In this document: piece by piece, positions 13,240 through 24,050 of the stretch
Layout: each line of letters opens with the position of its first letter
Numbering within the stretch: the first letter of the stretch is position 1
Source of the DNA: Mobula hypostoma
Taxonomy: Eukaryota
Direction of reading: 5' to 3'
DNA length: 64,000 nucleotides
Assembly: GCF_963921235.1 (NCBI RefSeq)
Contig: NC_086097.1
Coordinates: 85,066,001 to 85,130,000, forward strand
Position numbers and translations under genes: made by a program
The notes under the pieces: generated by a model
Seen by the model: only the letters and a program-made list of their open reading frames with translations
Databases searched by the model: none
Told to the model about the DNA's origin: nothing

Positions 13240-14698
13240 GGCCGCCCTGACTTCCCTCCCGAAATCTCAATGACACTCTCCCCCCTGCCCACACCTTCTG
13301 GAAGATGCCTTCTTAAAGTCTACTCCTTTAACCAAACTTCATAAGCACAAAGTATTTCCTTATATGCTGCAAATGTGGCAAATTTTGTTTGATAATACTG
13401 TTGGGAAGTATATTGCCTGTTACTTGTATCTCATTGCGAGCTGCATGTATTATTTAATTGTGAATATCTCCTCCTGTTGTCTTTTAAGTTTCTGTAACCT
13501 GAAGTTTAAGTTGGATGAGCAACATGCTGTTGCAAGTTTTGTAGCTGCTCAGGGTATTCGATGGCAAACAGCAGTGCTCAGCGGTGTAGCGACTGGTTGG
13601 AGCAGGTTACAGTTAGTCTATACCAGTCATAATCTGTGGTACAAGTTTATTGTGGACGATGCAGCAATAGGGTCACATTGTAGACCCAAAAACGCACTGT
13701 GTCTTCAGGACATGTTCCCATCAAAGATTAAATTCGAAGGGCGGAGAGGTGCATTGGATAGATTAACACTCACATAAGGCATCAATAACCAATTGCTTTA
13801 CGCCATTAAAGTTCTTTCAGCCGCTTAGATATATTCGGCTGTAAAGGTTTTTCCCGTTGCACCAACAATGTCTGCTTAGATGGTTGCCTTGTCTGGCAGC
13901 CAGCTCATGTAAATATTCAGAGAGAAAAGACCAACAGGAGCCCATGGATAGCTGGTTGGAATATAAACAGGGGATGTAAGAAGGATATCAGGGCTTGCAG
14001 TTACAAATTGTCGAGAAAGGGGAAAAATTCCACAAAAATTAGTTGGCTATCACAGGTGCATGGCATTTATATCACATTGAAGTAAGACTGAATGAAGGAA
14101 ATGGGATTTGTTTTGACTGATCCTCTTTGTGTTCACTTGCTGTTGACTGAATAAGGAAGCTCAACGACGCATGTTGTTCTCTACCTCACTAAAGTGTTAC
14201 TTCGTTCCTCTCTCTGAAAGACTGAGGAAATCCTGCACAAACTCATGGTCAAAAGGCACATATCAGGGTTCCCTGTGAGTTTCTACTCTTACACTCCTGA
14301 GTCATGCCGTAAAACAGTATGAAATTCGCACAAGTGACCCAGTCCGAAGTTTAAGTTACTCGGATCTGTTAATGGAGTGCTGGCTGCAGTGTGGGTGGGC
14401 AGTGTGAGAGAAGCTCAGCTAGGGAGTGAATAGACTCACAAATTTTCCCTGAAGCAGTGTCCTGAGAGGAAATCAAATCAATTAGCAAGGTACAAGAATT
14501 GATGAGAATAGCTGGAAGTGACTATTTCAGGGCAAACTAAAGCTAACCAAATGTGAGAAACAAACTTCATAATGTCAGTGGTGTGTTGAATAAGTAGTAC
14601 TGAGATTGAGCAAGTTGTCATTTCTATCTGTGTAGATGCCGACCCCAGGCTTATGAATGCGGCCTAGGTCCAGGCCTCGGACAATTTTATTTTAATTA

Positions 14699-16258
14699 CA
14701 GGTGTCCCCCGCTTTTCGAACGTTCGCTTTACGAAACTTCACTGTTACGAAAGACCTACATTAGTACCCTATTTTCGCTTTCAGAAGGTGTTTTCACTGT
14801 TACGAAAAAAAAATTCAGCGCGCGATAAAAGGCAGCGCACCCCGAGCAGCCGCTCTCCCCCAGATTCTTGCTGGCATTGCTTAAACACGAGCCTGTGAGC
14901 AGCCGTTTGCAAGATGAGTTTTATGGTATCAGAAAAGCCTGAAAGAGCTCATAAGGGTGTTACATTTAAGGTAAAACGAAACATAATTAAGCGTTTTGAT
15001 CATGGTGAACGAAGTAAGGACAACGTGAGTTTGGCTTGTGGAAGTTGACGAAGATGATGTTGAAGAGGTTTTGGCATCCCATCACCAAGAACTGACAGAT
15101 GAAGAGCTGATGCAATTGTAAGAAAAAAGGATAACAATCGAAACTGAATGAGTAATGATAAAGTACAACTTTAGTTTTGAAGGGGTACGTCGGTTTAGGG
15201 GATATTTGCAGGATGGTTTGAGTCCTTACAAAGAACTGTGTGATAGAAAAATGCGCGAGGCTCAGCAGTCAAGCAAGCCTTCCACATCAGCCACAGCAGA
15301 CGACGAACCTCGACCTTTGACATCGAGGCGGGAAGAGATAGAAGAAGATAAGCTGCCTGCTCTAATGGAAACAGACGACGAGATGACACCCCAGTGTCCC
15401 ACCACCCCAACCCCCAGGCCACGGACAGATACCGATTCGCAGAGAATGCAAAGGTAGCCGGGAGGCACACAGCACATCTTTAAGAAAAAAGCCGAAATAA
15501 ACATGCTAATTAATTAGGTGCCGCCGACACGTAGTTGTCAGCCCAGATCAGAGACGACGCAATCAGAAATCGGCACTGATCTGGGCCGACAATTACAGGC
15601 GGCACCTAATTAATCAGCATGTTTGTTTTGGCTTTTTTCTTAAAGATGTGCTGTGTACCTCCCGGCTACCACTGGACCCCTGCGTTCTTCGCGGCAATGT
15701 ATTGCTCAGCGGCTTGGAGGGTGAGGGGCCACTGCACCACCCAAACTCCGACGACTCAGTCTAACACACCATCATCAGTGTGCTCTGCGCTGTCCCGATT
15801 CCGGTAAGTGATACTACACTGTACATACATTATTTCTACTTTATATTGGCTGTGTATTTTTACGTGTTATTTGGTATGATTTGGCAGCTTCATAGCTTAA
15901 AGGTTACTGGAGAGCGCTTGCGCGTGTTTTTGCTAACAGCGCTTGTGTGAGATTTTCTGCCGACGGCGCTTGCATGAGATTTTCGCTCCGGAGAACAGTT
16001 CAGTAATGATTGTGGAAAAGTATTTCTACTTCTTATAGGCTGTGTATTTATCATACCATTCCTGCTTTTACTATATGTTACTGTTATTTTAGGTTTTATG
16101 TGTTATTTGGCATGATTTGGTAGGTTATTTTTGGGTCTGCGAACACTCACAAAATTTTCCCATATAAGCAAATGGTAATTGCTTCTTCGCTTTATGACAT
16201 TTCGGCTTATGAACCGTTTTATAGGAACGCTCTACCTGCGGATGGCGGGGGAAACCTG
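14699..16258 (+). mobile_element. Internally deleted Tigger/pogo DNA transposon
   Basis: TA|CAGGTGTCCCCCGC ... GCGGGGGAAACCTG|TC TIRs; remnant N-terminal CENP-B-type HTH (KGVTFKVKRNIIKRFDHGE) joined directly to the acidic C-terminus (EVDEDDVEEVLASHHQELTDEELMQL); no DDE core seen. Confidence 0.85.
15453..15670. repeat. Long imperfect inverted repeat (hairpin) inside the Tigger element
   Basis: ggtagccgggaggcacacagcacatctttaagaaaaaagcc... pairs with ...ggcttttttcttaaagatgtgctgtgtacctcccggctacc; arms ~95 bp. Confidence 0.9.
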
Positions 16259-16259
16259 T

Positions 16260-16475
16260 CTTGACCTACAGCACAAGAAGGCCCTTCCAGCCCTTCAAGC
16301 CGCACTGCCCAGAAGTCTCCCAATTTAATCTTAGCCTAATTACGGGACAATTTACAATGACTAACTAACTTAGCAACTGGTATGTCCTTGGAGCATGGGC
16401 GGAAACCAGAGCACCCTGGAGGAAACACATGCAGTCACGGGGAGAACATAGAAACTCCTAACAGACAGTGGTAGG
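16260..16475 (-). mobile_element. SINE (V-SINE/HE1-like)
   Basis: Same core as 1760-2020. Confidence 0.65.
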
Positions 16476-16789
16476 AAAAGTTATGTAAAGAAAAAGAGCA
16501 ACTAAAATGTTTCCTTGGAGACTTCAGAGTTGATGATATGGAGCAGGAGAGACCATTGCTGGAGTTGCGGTGGAGAGGTAAGAATGAACCTAATCAAGAA
16601 CAGTCCCCAAAGGTGAATAAGGTTGCATAGTCACCAGACGGCTACAACACTGGAGATGAGAGGAACAACGTACCATGGTCACATGGAGGTTGCAGATGGG
16701 AAAACAGTTCCCCAGGACAGGATAGTCGATAGTGTTTTTCCTCTGGGAGCTGTGAAGCATAGCTTTATCACTGGCTGAGGTTCAGGTAG

Positions 16790-17715
16790 AATGCATAAGA
16801 CCATAAGACATGGGAGCAGCATCAGGCCATCATGTCTACTCCACCATTCAATCATGGCTGATCCTTTTACCTCTCTCCAGCTCCACTCCCCAGCCCTTCC
16901 CATGACCTGTGATGTGGTGTCCAGTAAAGAATTTATCACTCTACGGCCTGGTCTCCACAGCTGCCTGTGGTAATAAATTCCACAAATTCACCACCCTCTG
17001 GCTAAAGATATTTCTCTGCATCTCTGTTTTAAATGGACGCCTCTCTATCCTGAGGCTATGCCCTCTGGTCCTAGACTTCCCCACCATGGGAAACATTCTT
17101 TCCACATCTACACTGTCTAGACTTTCAACATTTGAAAGGTTTCAATAAGATCTCCCCTCATCCTTCCAAATTCCAGAGAGTACAGACCCAGAGCTATCAA
17201 AAGTTCCGTGTATGATAACCCTTTCATTCCCGCAATCATCCTTGTGAACCTACTCTGAACCCTCTCCAATACCAGCACATCTTTTCTTAGATGAGGTGCC
17301 CAAAACCATTCACAATACTCAAGGCAAGGCCTTACTAGTGCCTTATAAAGCCTCAGCATCACATCTGTGCTCTTGTATTCTAGACCTCTTGAAATGAATG
17401 CTAACATTGCATTTGCTTTCCTCACCACAGACTCTACCTGCAATTTTAATCTTGAGGGAATCCTGCACAAAGACCCCTAGTCCCTTTGCATCTCAGATTT
17501 TTGGGATTTTCTCCCTGTTTAGAAAATAGTCTGCACATTTATTTCTTCTACCAAAGTGCATGACCATGCATTTTCCAGCATTGTATTTCATTTGGCACTC
17601 TCTTGCCCATTCTCCTAATCTGTCTAAGTCCTTCTGCAGTCTACCTGTTTCCTCAACACTACCTGCCCCTCCACCAGTCTTCATATCATCTGAAAATATG
17701 GCAACAAAGCCATCT
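16790..17715 (-). mobile_element. CR1 LINE 3' fragment
   Basis: ORFs 17493..17750 (FSDDMK...LQKDLDRLGEWA...CMVMHFG) and 17117..17470 (KANAMLAFISRGLEYK...MRGDLIETF) are the CR1 RT C-terminus; cataagaccataaga tail. Confidence 0.9.
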
Positions 17716-18054
17716 AACATGGTCAAGGAAACATACTGTAAAGACATCAAATTCAGACATCGGGAAACCTAGGATGCTTTTGAGGTGGAGGTATTATTTG
17801 GCTTAGAAACCAAATAATTCCTCCTCAGAGCTGGATCATAGGAAAGATGTTACTGAGTGAGACTTGAAGGCAGAGCAGACAATGAGGAAGTTAAAGACAA
17901 GACATCCAGGTGATGCCACTGAAAGAAAAGAAATTAAGGGACAAATTATGCCTCAGCTGATAACTGTCACCTGAGTGAACAGTGACCCAGGGAGGGTAAA
18001 CTATTATTTATTCTCATTGTACGATGTTGCTTCTGTCTGGATTTTACTCTAGAT

Positions 18055-18134
18055 CAGGGGTGCTCAATTTAGGGTCCATGGACCCCTTGTTTAATGATAT
18101 TGGTCTGTGGCATAAAAAGGGTTGGGAGACCCTG
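18055..18134. mobile_element. Small hAT/Charlie-like MITE
   Basis: CAGGGGTGCTCAA ... TTGGGAGACCCTG imperfect TIRs; flanks CTCTAGAT / ATGCAGAT resemble a decayed 8 bp NTCTAGAN TSD. Confidence 0.55.
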
Positions 18135-18623
18135 ATGCAGATGAACTTCAATAATTTGTCACTAGGAAGAAAGCCACTAAACTAAAATTCTTTGGTCCCA
18201 GACTGCTCATATCAAAGAGGCATGACAAGGAGAACCCATGCCGGCTTTGACTGAGATCTTCAGGGGTTCTTCTTCGAGTGCACACAGCTTCAAGAGGCTG
18301 TGTGTAACATATCTGACAAGTACCACTCTGCATGAGCATTCAAGCACATCTCAAGCACTAGAACTTGTCTTTGTGATCTCCTGGTACAGTTGAGAGAGAG
18401 GATTGAGTTGATGGTAAGTGAAGACCAGGTATAAGAAGGAGAATAAAATATTGTGGAGGAGATGGGCGGGGTGGGTGGGAATAACAGGGCGCCCAGGGAG
18501 GAGATCAGATGAGGGATGAGTAACAATACTTGGAGAGGACGGGGGGATAAGAAAGAGGTCATAGAGAGGGAGGGAGTATGTAAAAGATTGCTGGGATGAA
18601 CAGGAAGAGATCTAACAACATAC

Positions 18624-18773
18624 CTCATCGATTTTGCCTTCATTGAACATTAATAAACAAGAAACGGCATTACACGCTACTTTTTGACGGTAAAATTTGG
18701 GCACATTGATATTGCCACTAACAGCATATGCTGCCTTGAAACCCATTTGTTTTGTTAGTATTCCGTGTATATT
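18624..18773 (-). CDS. Putative internal coding exon (NIHGILTKQMGF...NEGKIDE) of Ig-like glycoprotein gene
   Basis: ttcccttccccatcacag|AAT...GAG|gtatgt; exactly 150 nt, open, phase 0-0, compatible with both neighbours. Confidence 0.7.
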
Positions 18774-19267
18774 CTGTGATGGGGAAGGGAAGACTGGAAC
18801 CAAGCATCTGTGATTCTTAGGTACTGGAGATTGATGAGAACAGATATTAGATGGATAGGCCTGTGCAAAAACTGGCCTTAGAGGTTAGTTTATATGTTAA
18901 GATAGAGCCTAGCATTTATACAGCAATTCAGGCTGATTGCAAGGATTTTTTTTTTTTTGGTGCTTGTGGTAATTGTTAGGTCTACATGCCAGGAAGTTGA
19001 TATTGATTAAGCTGGAACTGAAGTTACACAGAATGTGTTTAGACCTACCCTTTTGCCAGCTCGGGTGGAAAAATGCCAGTCATTTGGCAAGGGGACAGTG
19101 GCAGGATATCTGTGTGATTGAGACGGTAACTGTTCAGGCGTGGGGAGGTGGTGCTGATGTGGGGGGATATCTTTGTCCAGGTGTTGATTCCTTCCGGCAC
19201 GCCGCGGGATGGGTTCCGCAGTACGCTGCTTTCAAAGCTTGGCTCATCACTAATGGAGATCGTTTAC

Positions 19268-19338
19268 ATTCTGCACAGTACGGTGGCCTTTGGCACACAG
19301 CAAGCCTATAGTGGATAGGTTTCTCTTACAGCCAATCG
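19268..19338 (-). CDS. Putative internal coding exon ((A)IGCKRNLSTIGLLCAKGHRTVQN)
   Basis: tttcctttttctag|CG...AAT|gtaaac; 71 nt, phase 1-0, bridging the signal-peptide exon and the 150 nt exon; the donor is only moderate. Confidence 0.55.
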
Positions 19339-19594
19339 CTAGAAAAAGGAAATACTGTAGATTCAGTTAGGTCTAGGTGGCACTATGGAGTGAGATATTC
19401 TTACACACAATTTATTTTTCCTTCATCTTTCTAACAATACCTTTCTATTGCTGGCAGAGGTGGTCAAAATCAAGGTAGAATTCACAAAATAAAATGCCTT
19501 AAGAAACTAATTTCAAAAATAAAATGCTGTCTGAGCTTCCCTGACATAATCTTCACAACCAGAACTTCACTTGAAGAAAACTGTCTTTGTCGGT

Positions 19595-20500
19595 TGCAAC
19601 ACACACAGAACACTGGAGAAACTCAGCAAGTCGGGCAGTATGTGTGGAGGAGAATAAACAGTGCTTGTTTCGGGCCGGGAGCCTTCATCAGGACTGGAAA
19701 GGAAGGAGTTAGGAGACAGAGCAAGAGGGTGGAGGGTGGAGGGGGAGGATTACATGCTATCATGTAATAGGTGACACCAGGTGAGAGGGAAAGTGAGTGC
19801 GTGGGGAAAGGGGGGGGGATGAAGTAAGAAGCTGGGAAGGGAGGGGATAGGTGGAAGAAGTAAAAGACTGAAGAGGAAGGAATCTAATAAGAAAGGACAG
19901 TGGACCATGGAAGGAAGGGAAGGAGGAGGGGCACCAGAGAGAGGTGATGGGCAGGTGAGGAGAAGAGATGAGAAGGGAACAAGAATGACTAAAGGAAAAA
20001 GAGAGAAAGCGGAGTAAGAGAAGAAAACGCCAGAAGTTGGAGAAATCGATGTTCGTGCCATCAGGTTGGAGGCTACCCAGGCAGAATGATTTTTTGCTCT
20101 GCCAGTCAGAGTTTGGCCTCATCAGGGCAGCACAGTAGTATAGCAGCTGGCGTAACACTTCTAGGTGCCAGCGATGGTGGTTCAGTTCCTGCCACCGTCT
20201 GTAAAGAGTTTGTATGTTCCTCCTGTGATCGCATGGGTTTCCTCCCATATTCCAAAGGTGTACAGTTAGTAAGGGTCAGTAAGTTGTGGGCAAACTGTGC
20301 TGGTGCCGGAAGCATGTTCTGGGACTGTGTCGGTCACGACGCATTTCACTGTCCTCTACGCTTCGATATAAATGTGAAAAATAAAGCTGTTTTCTCTGAA
20401 CTCATGGTGGTAGAGCAGGCTCTGGACAGGCATGTCAGAACGGGTATGGAGTCGAATTGAAATGGGTGGCCACCGGAAGATTTTGCCTGTGGCGGTGGAC
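19595..20500 (-). mobile_element. Older Penelope-like 3' fragment interrupted by a SINE
   Basis: LGSLQPDGTNIDFSNF in ORF 19760..20248; PLE sequence resumes after 20400 (ATH-FNS-like region). Confidence 0.8.
20133..20395 (+). mobile_element. SINE (V-SINE/HE1-like) nested in a PLE fragment
   Basis: tRNA-like head (ggttcagttcc B-box-like), gagtttgtatgttc...gggtttcctcc core, AATAAA near the tail; ctcat repeated at both junctions. Confidence 0.65.
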
Positions 20501-20798
20501 AGAGTGGTCAACCGCCTTTGTCGGTTGGCCTGAAACTCGAAGTGTGACTCTTTTCGATCGTGGGTATTTGCAGTTTGTCGCTGAGCAGCTGTCAATCAGA
20601 TTTTTTTTGTCTGATGGTCTATGTTTGTTCAGTGATAGTACTGGCTGGGTATTTCCACCCCTGCGTTTGCAAACCTTATGATTATTCTCTCCATTAACAT
20701 AACTGAGCTAACACTTCGGCCTGACAATTGTGTAAACAGAAAATGCCAACCTTCCAATCCTACAGGGGTATTAAATATTCCACAGCTTGGATCCTTGC

Positions 20799-20847
20799 CT
20801 GGATCGTATACTATCAGAAATATCCAGATGGTGAAAAATATCCACAT
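20799..20847 (-). CDS. Putative first coding exon, signal peptide MWIFFTIWIFLIVYDP (exon starts at acceptor 20872; alternative GT donor extends it to 20751)
   Basis: Acceptor gttattttctttccag at 20873, ATG at 20847, hydrophobic N-terminus; both candidate donors (CAG|gcaagg at 20799, AAG|gttggc at 20751) are phase 1, matching the next exon. Confidence 0.55.
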
Positions 20848-21824
20848 ATGCAAAGTACATCAAGTGATTTAACTGGAAAGAAAATAACACATCTCCAACA
20901 GTGGAATAAACAAAACCTTGTGAATTGGTTAATTAAAGCAATAAACAAAAGTTATTACTGATGCAAAATACACTGAATAACTTAGAAAACTGTGCTAGTA
21001 ATCAAGCAGCATGTGCCTCACAATCAGCCAGAGGTTTTAAAGGGTATTTAAGTTATTTTCCCACTAAATAATTGGATAAGCAGTCAACAAGCTCTATTGT
21101 CCTGGAAAGAGAGGTTATGAGATTGTTAATTCAGAGAAATTAAATGAACAGTGGTTAATAACATTGCAATATACATTATCCTCCTTGCACGACTATTAAG
21201 AATATTAATATTCAGAAATTGTATCAAATAAAGAAACACATCTAGAAATGTGGTGACACTGCAATCAAACAAAAACTTACAGATGCTGGAAATCTGAAAT
21301 AATAACAGAAATTGCTGGAAATACTCAGCCAGTTAGGCAGCATTTGTGTAGAGAAAAGCAGAGTTAACGTTTTAAGTTGAAGATCCTTCTTTAGAATTGA
21401 GAAAGGTCCGACCTGAAATGTAAATATTTTTCTTTTTCTACCCCTATTGCCTGAGCCACTGAATGTTTGCAGTATTTTCTGTTGCTTAAAACATATTAGC
21501 ATTATCAGGATAAAGGCAGACCCAAGCTGTGCTAACTGTGACCAACAGCACCAGATACAAAAACTGTTCTTCACCCTATCCTCCAAGCGTGGCAGTCTAA
21601 TGCGGAGCTGCCACAAGTCTGTGGCACACTGATGCACAGAAGCTGCCAGACTTCACACGTTTGGGGACTCCACCTGTGTTGGTGTTTCTCAGCATTACGT
21701 GGGTTCCTCTGGGTGCTCTGGTTTCCTTCCACGAGTTTAATTTGTCACATGGGTGGAGCAGGCTCATTGGGCCAGAAGGGCCTGTTACCAAGGTGGATTT
21801 CTAAATAAAATAAAAAAAAGAGTT

Positions 21825-22450
21825 TAGACCATAAGGTATAGGAGCAGAATTAGGCCATTTGGCCCATCAAGTCTGCTCCACTATTTTATCATAGCTGATC
21901 CAATTTTCCTCTCAGCCCCAATCTCCTGCCTTCCCCCCCATATCCCTTCAGACCCTGACCAGTCAAAGATCTACCAAGCTCTGCCACAAATATGCATAAA
22001 GACTTGGCCGCCACAACTGCCTGTGGAAAAGAATTCCACAGATTCACCACTTTCTGACAGAAGAAATCCCTCCTCATCTCCATTCTATTCTGAGGCTGTG
22101 TCCCCTAGTCTTAGACTCTCCCACCATAGAAAACATCCTCTTCACATCCACCCTATCAACGCCTTTCACCATTCGATAGATTTTTAATGAGATCATCCCT
22201 CATTCTTCTAAATTCTCATGAATACAGGCCAGAACCATCAACACTCTTCATAATACAAGCCATTCAATCTTGCAATCATTTTCCTGAACCTCTTTTGAAC
22301 CCTCTCCAGTTTCAGCATATCCTTTCTAAGATACGGGGCCCAAACCTGCTCACAATACTCCAAGAGAGGCCTCACCAGTTCTATATAAAGCCTCAACATT
22401 ACATCCTTGCTTTTATATTCTAGACTTCTTAAAATGAATGCTAACATTGC
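21825..22450 (-). mobile_element. CR1 LINE 3' fragment
   Basis: ORFs 22238..22483 (YKSKDVMLRLY..LVRPLLEYC.QVWAPY) and 21889..22083 (FF.QKVVNLWNS.P). Confidence 0.9.
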
Positions 22451-22594
22451 CCCAAGATACCTTTTAAATCTTTCACCCCTCATCTTAAACCTATGACGTC
22501 TAGTTCTCTTTCCTGGGAAATAGAATGTGTGTATTCAGCCTATCCAAACCCCTCATGATTTTCTCATGATTATGCCTGCCTTTTTGTTGGGTTT

Positions 22595-23719
22595 GTGGAA
22601 CAATCTATGTTCCGTGCCTATTCTGGTATCTGTCCCCCACTTTTCCTTCGCTACATCGACGACTGCATTGGCGCTGCTTCCTGCACGCATGCAGAACTCG
22701 TTGACTTTATTAACTTTGCCTCCAACTTTCACCCTGCCCTCAAGTTTACCTGGTCCATTTCCGACACCTCCCTCCCCTTTCTAGATCTTTCTGTCTCTGT
22801 CTCTGGAGACAGCTTATCCACTGATGTCTACTATAAGCCTACTGACTCTCACAGCTATCTGGACTATTCCTCTTCTCACCCTGTCTCTTGCAAAAACGCC
22901 ATCCCCTTCTCGCAATTCCTCCGTCTCCGCCGCATCTGCTCTCAGGATGAGGCTTTTCATTCTAGGACGAGGAAGATGTCTTCCTTTTTTAAAGAAAGGG
23001 GCTTCCCTTCCTCCACTATCAACTCTGCTCTTAAACGCATCTCCCCCATTTCACGTACATCTGCTCTCACTCCATCCTCCCGCCACCCCACTAGGAATAG
23101 GGTTCCCCTGGTCCTCACCTACCACCCCACCAGCCTCCAGGTCCAACATATTATTCTCCGTAACTTCCGCCACCTCCAACGGGATCCCACCACTAAGCAC
23201 ATCTTTCCCTCCCCCACTCTCTCTGCATTCCGCAGGGATCGCTCCCTACACAACTCCCTTGTCCATTCGTCCCCCCCATCCCTCCCCACTGATCTCCCTC
23301 CTGGCACTTATCCGTGTAAGCAGAACAAGTGCTACACATGCCCTTACACTTCCTCCCTTACCACCATTCAGGGCCCCAAACAGTCCTTCCAGGTGAGGCA
23401 TCACTTCACCTGTGAGTCGACTGGGGTGATATACTGCATCCGGTGCTCCCGATGTGGCCTTTTATATATTGGTGAGACCCGACGCAGTCTGGGAGACCGC
23501 TTTGCTGAACATCTACGCTCTGTCCACCAGAGAAAGCAGGATCTCCCAGTGGCCACACATTTTAATTCCACATCCCATTCCCATTCTGACATGTCTATCC
23601 ACGGCCTCCTCTACTGTAAAGATGAAGCCACACTCAGGTTGGAGGAACAACACCTTATATTCCGTCTGGGTAGCCTCCAACCTGATGGCATGAACATCGA
23701 CTTCTCTAACTTCCGCTAA
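22595..23719 (+). CDS. Penelope-like RT C-half + GIY-YIG endonuclease ORF (5'-truncated, uninterrupted 374 aa)
   Basis: RYIDD catalytic motif, LPFLDL, YYKPTDSHSYL, C/H-rich linker, GVIYCIRC..C.LLYIGET (GIY-YIG), R..EH, EQHLIFRLGSLQPDGMN. Confidence 0.9.
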   Translation: MEQSMFRAYSGICPPLFLRYIDDCIGAASCTHAELVDFINFASNFHPALKFTWSISDTSLPFLDLSVSVSGDSLSTDVYYKPTDSHSYLDYSSSHPVSCKNAIPFSQFLRLRRICSQDEAFHSRTRKMSSFFKERGFPSSTINSALKRISPISRTSALTPSSRHPTRNRVPLVLTYHPTSLQVQHIILRNFRHLQRDPTTKHIFPSPTLSAFRRDRSLHNSLVHSSPPSLPTDLPPGTYPCKQNKCYTCPYTSSLTTIQGPKQSFQVRHHFTCESTGVIYCIRCSRCGLLYIGETRRSLGDRFAEHLRSVHQRKQDLPVATHFNSTSHSHSDMSIHGLLYCKDEATLRLEEQHLIFRLGSLQPDGMNIDFSNFR

Positions 23720-24014
23720 GGCCCCACCTCCCCCTCATACCCCATCTGTTACTCATTTTTATGCACACATTCTTTCTCTCACTCTCCTTTTTCTCCCTCT
23801 GTCCCTCTGAATATACCTCTTGCCCATCCTCTGGGTCACCCCCCCCCTTGTCTTTCTTCCCGGACCTCCTGTCCCATGATCCTCTCGTATCCCCTTTTGC
23901 CTATCACCTGACCAGCTCTCGGCTCTATCCCTCCCCCTCCTGTCTTCTCCTATCATTTTGCATCTCCCCCTCCCCCTCCAGCTTTCAAATCCCTTACTCA
24001 CTCTTCCTTCAGTT

Positions 24015-24050
24015 AGTCCTGACGAAGGGTCTCAGCCTGAAACGTCGACT
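24015..24050 (+). ncRNA. minimal type I hammerhead ribozyme motif
   Basis: AGTC-CTGACGA-AGGgtctcagCCT-GAAA-C-GTC-GACT; intact core. Confidence 0.75.

Noticed and set aside
13364..13777. 137 aa plus-strand ORF
   Set aside because: No recognisable motif, no convincing splice signals or partner exons; lies in the intron of the minus-strand model.
15155..15457. 100 aa acidic ORF as a host gene
   Set aside because: It lies within the Tigger TIRs and continues the transposase C-terminal remnant.
18973..19311. 112 aa plus-strand ORF
   Set aside because: Non-ATG start, no family resemblance, and it overlaps the better-supported minus-strand exon.
11144..20847. Assigning the symbol THY1 (or CD58/CD48) to the gene model
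   Set aside because: The resemblance is by eye only; the Cys pattern, exon structure and longer stalk differ, so orthology cannot be claimed without a search.
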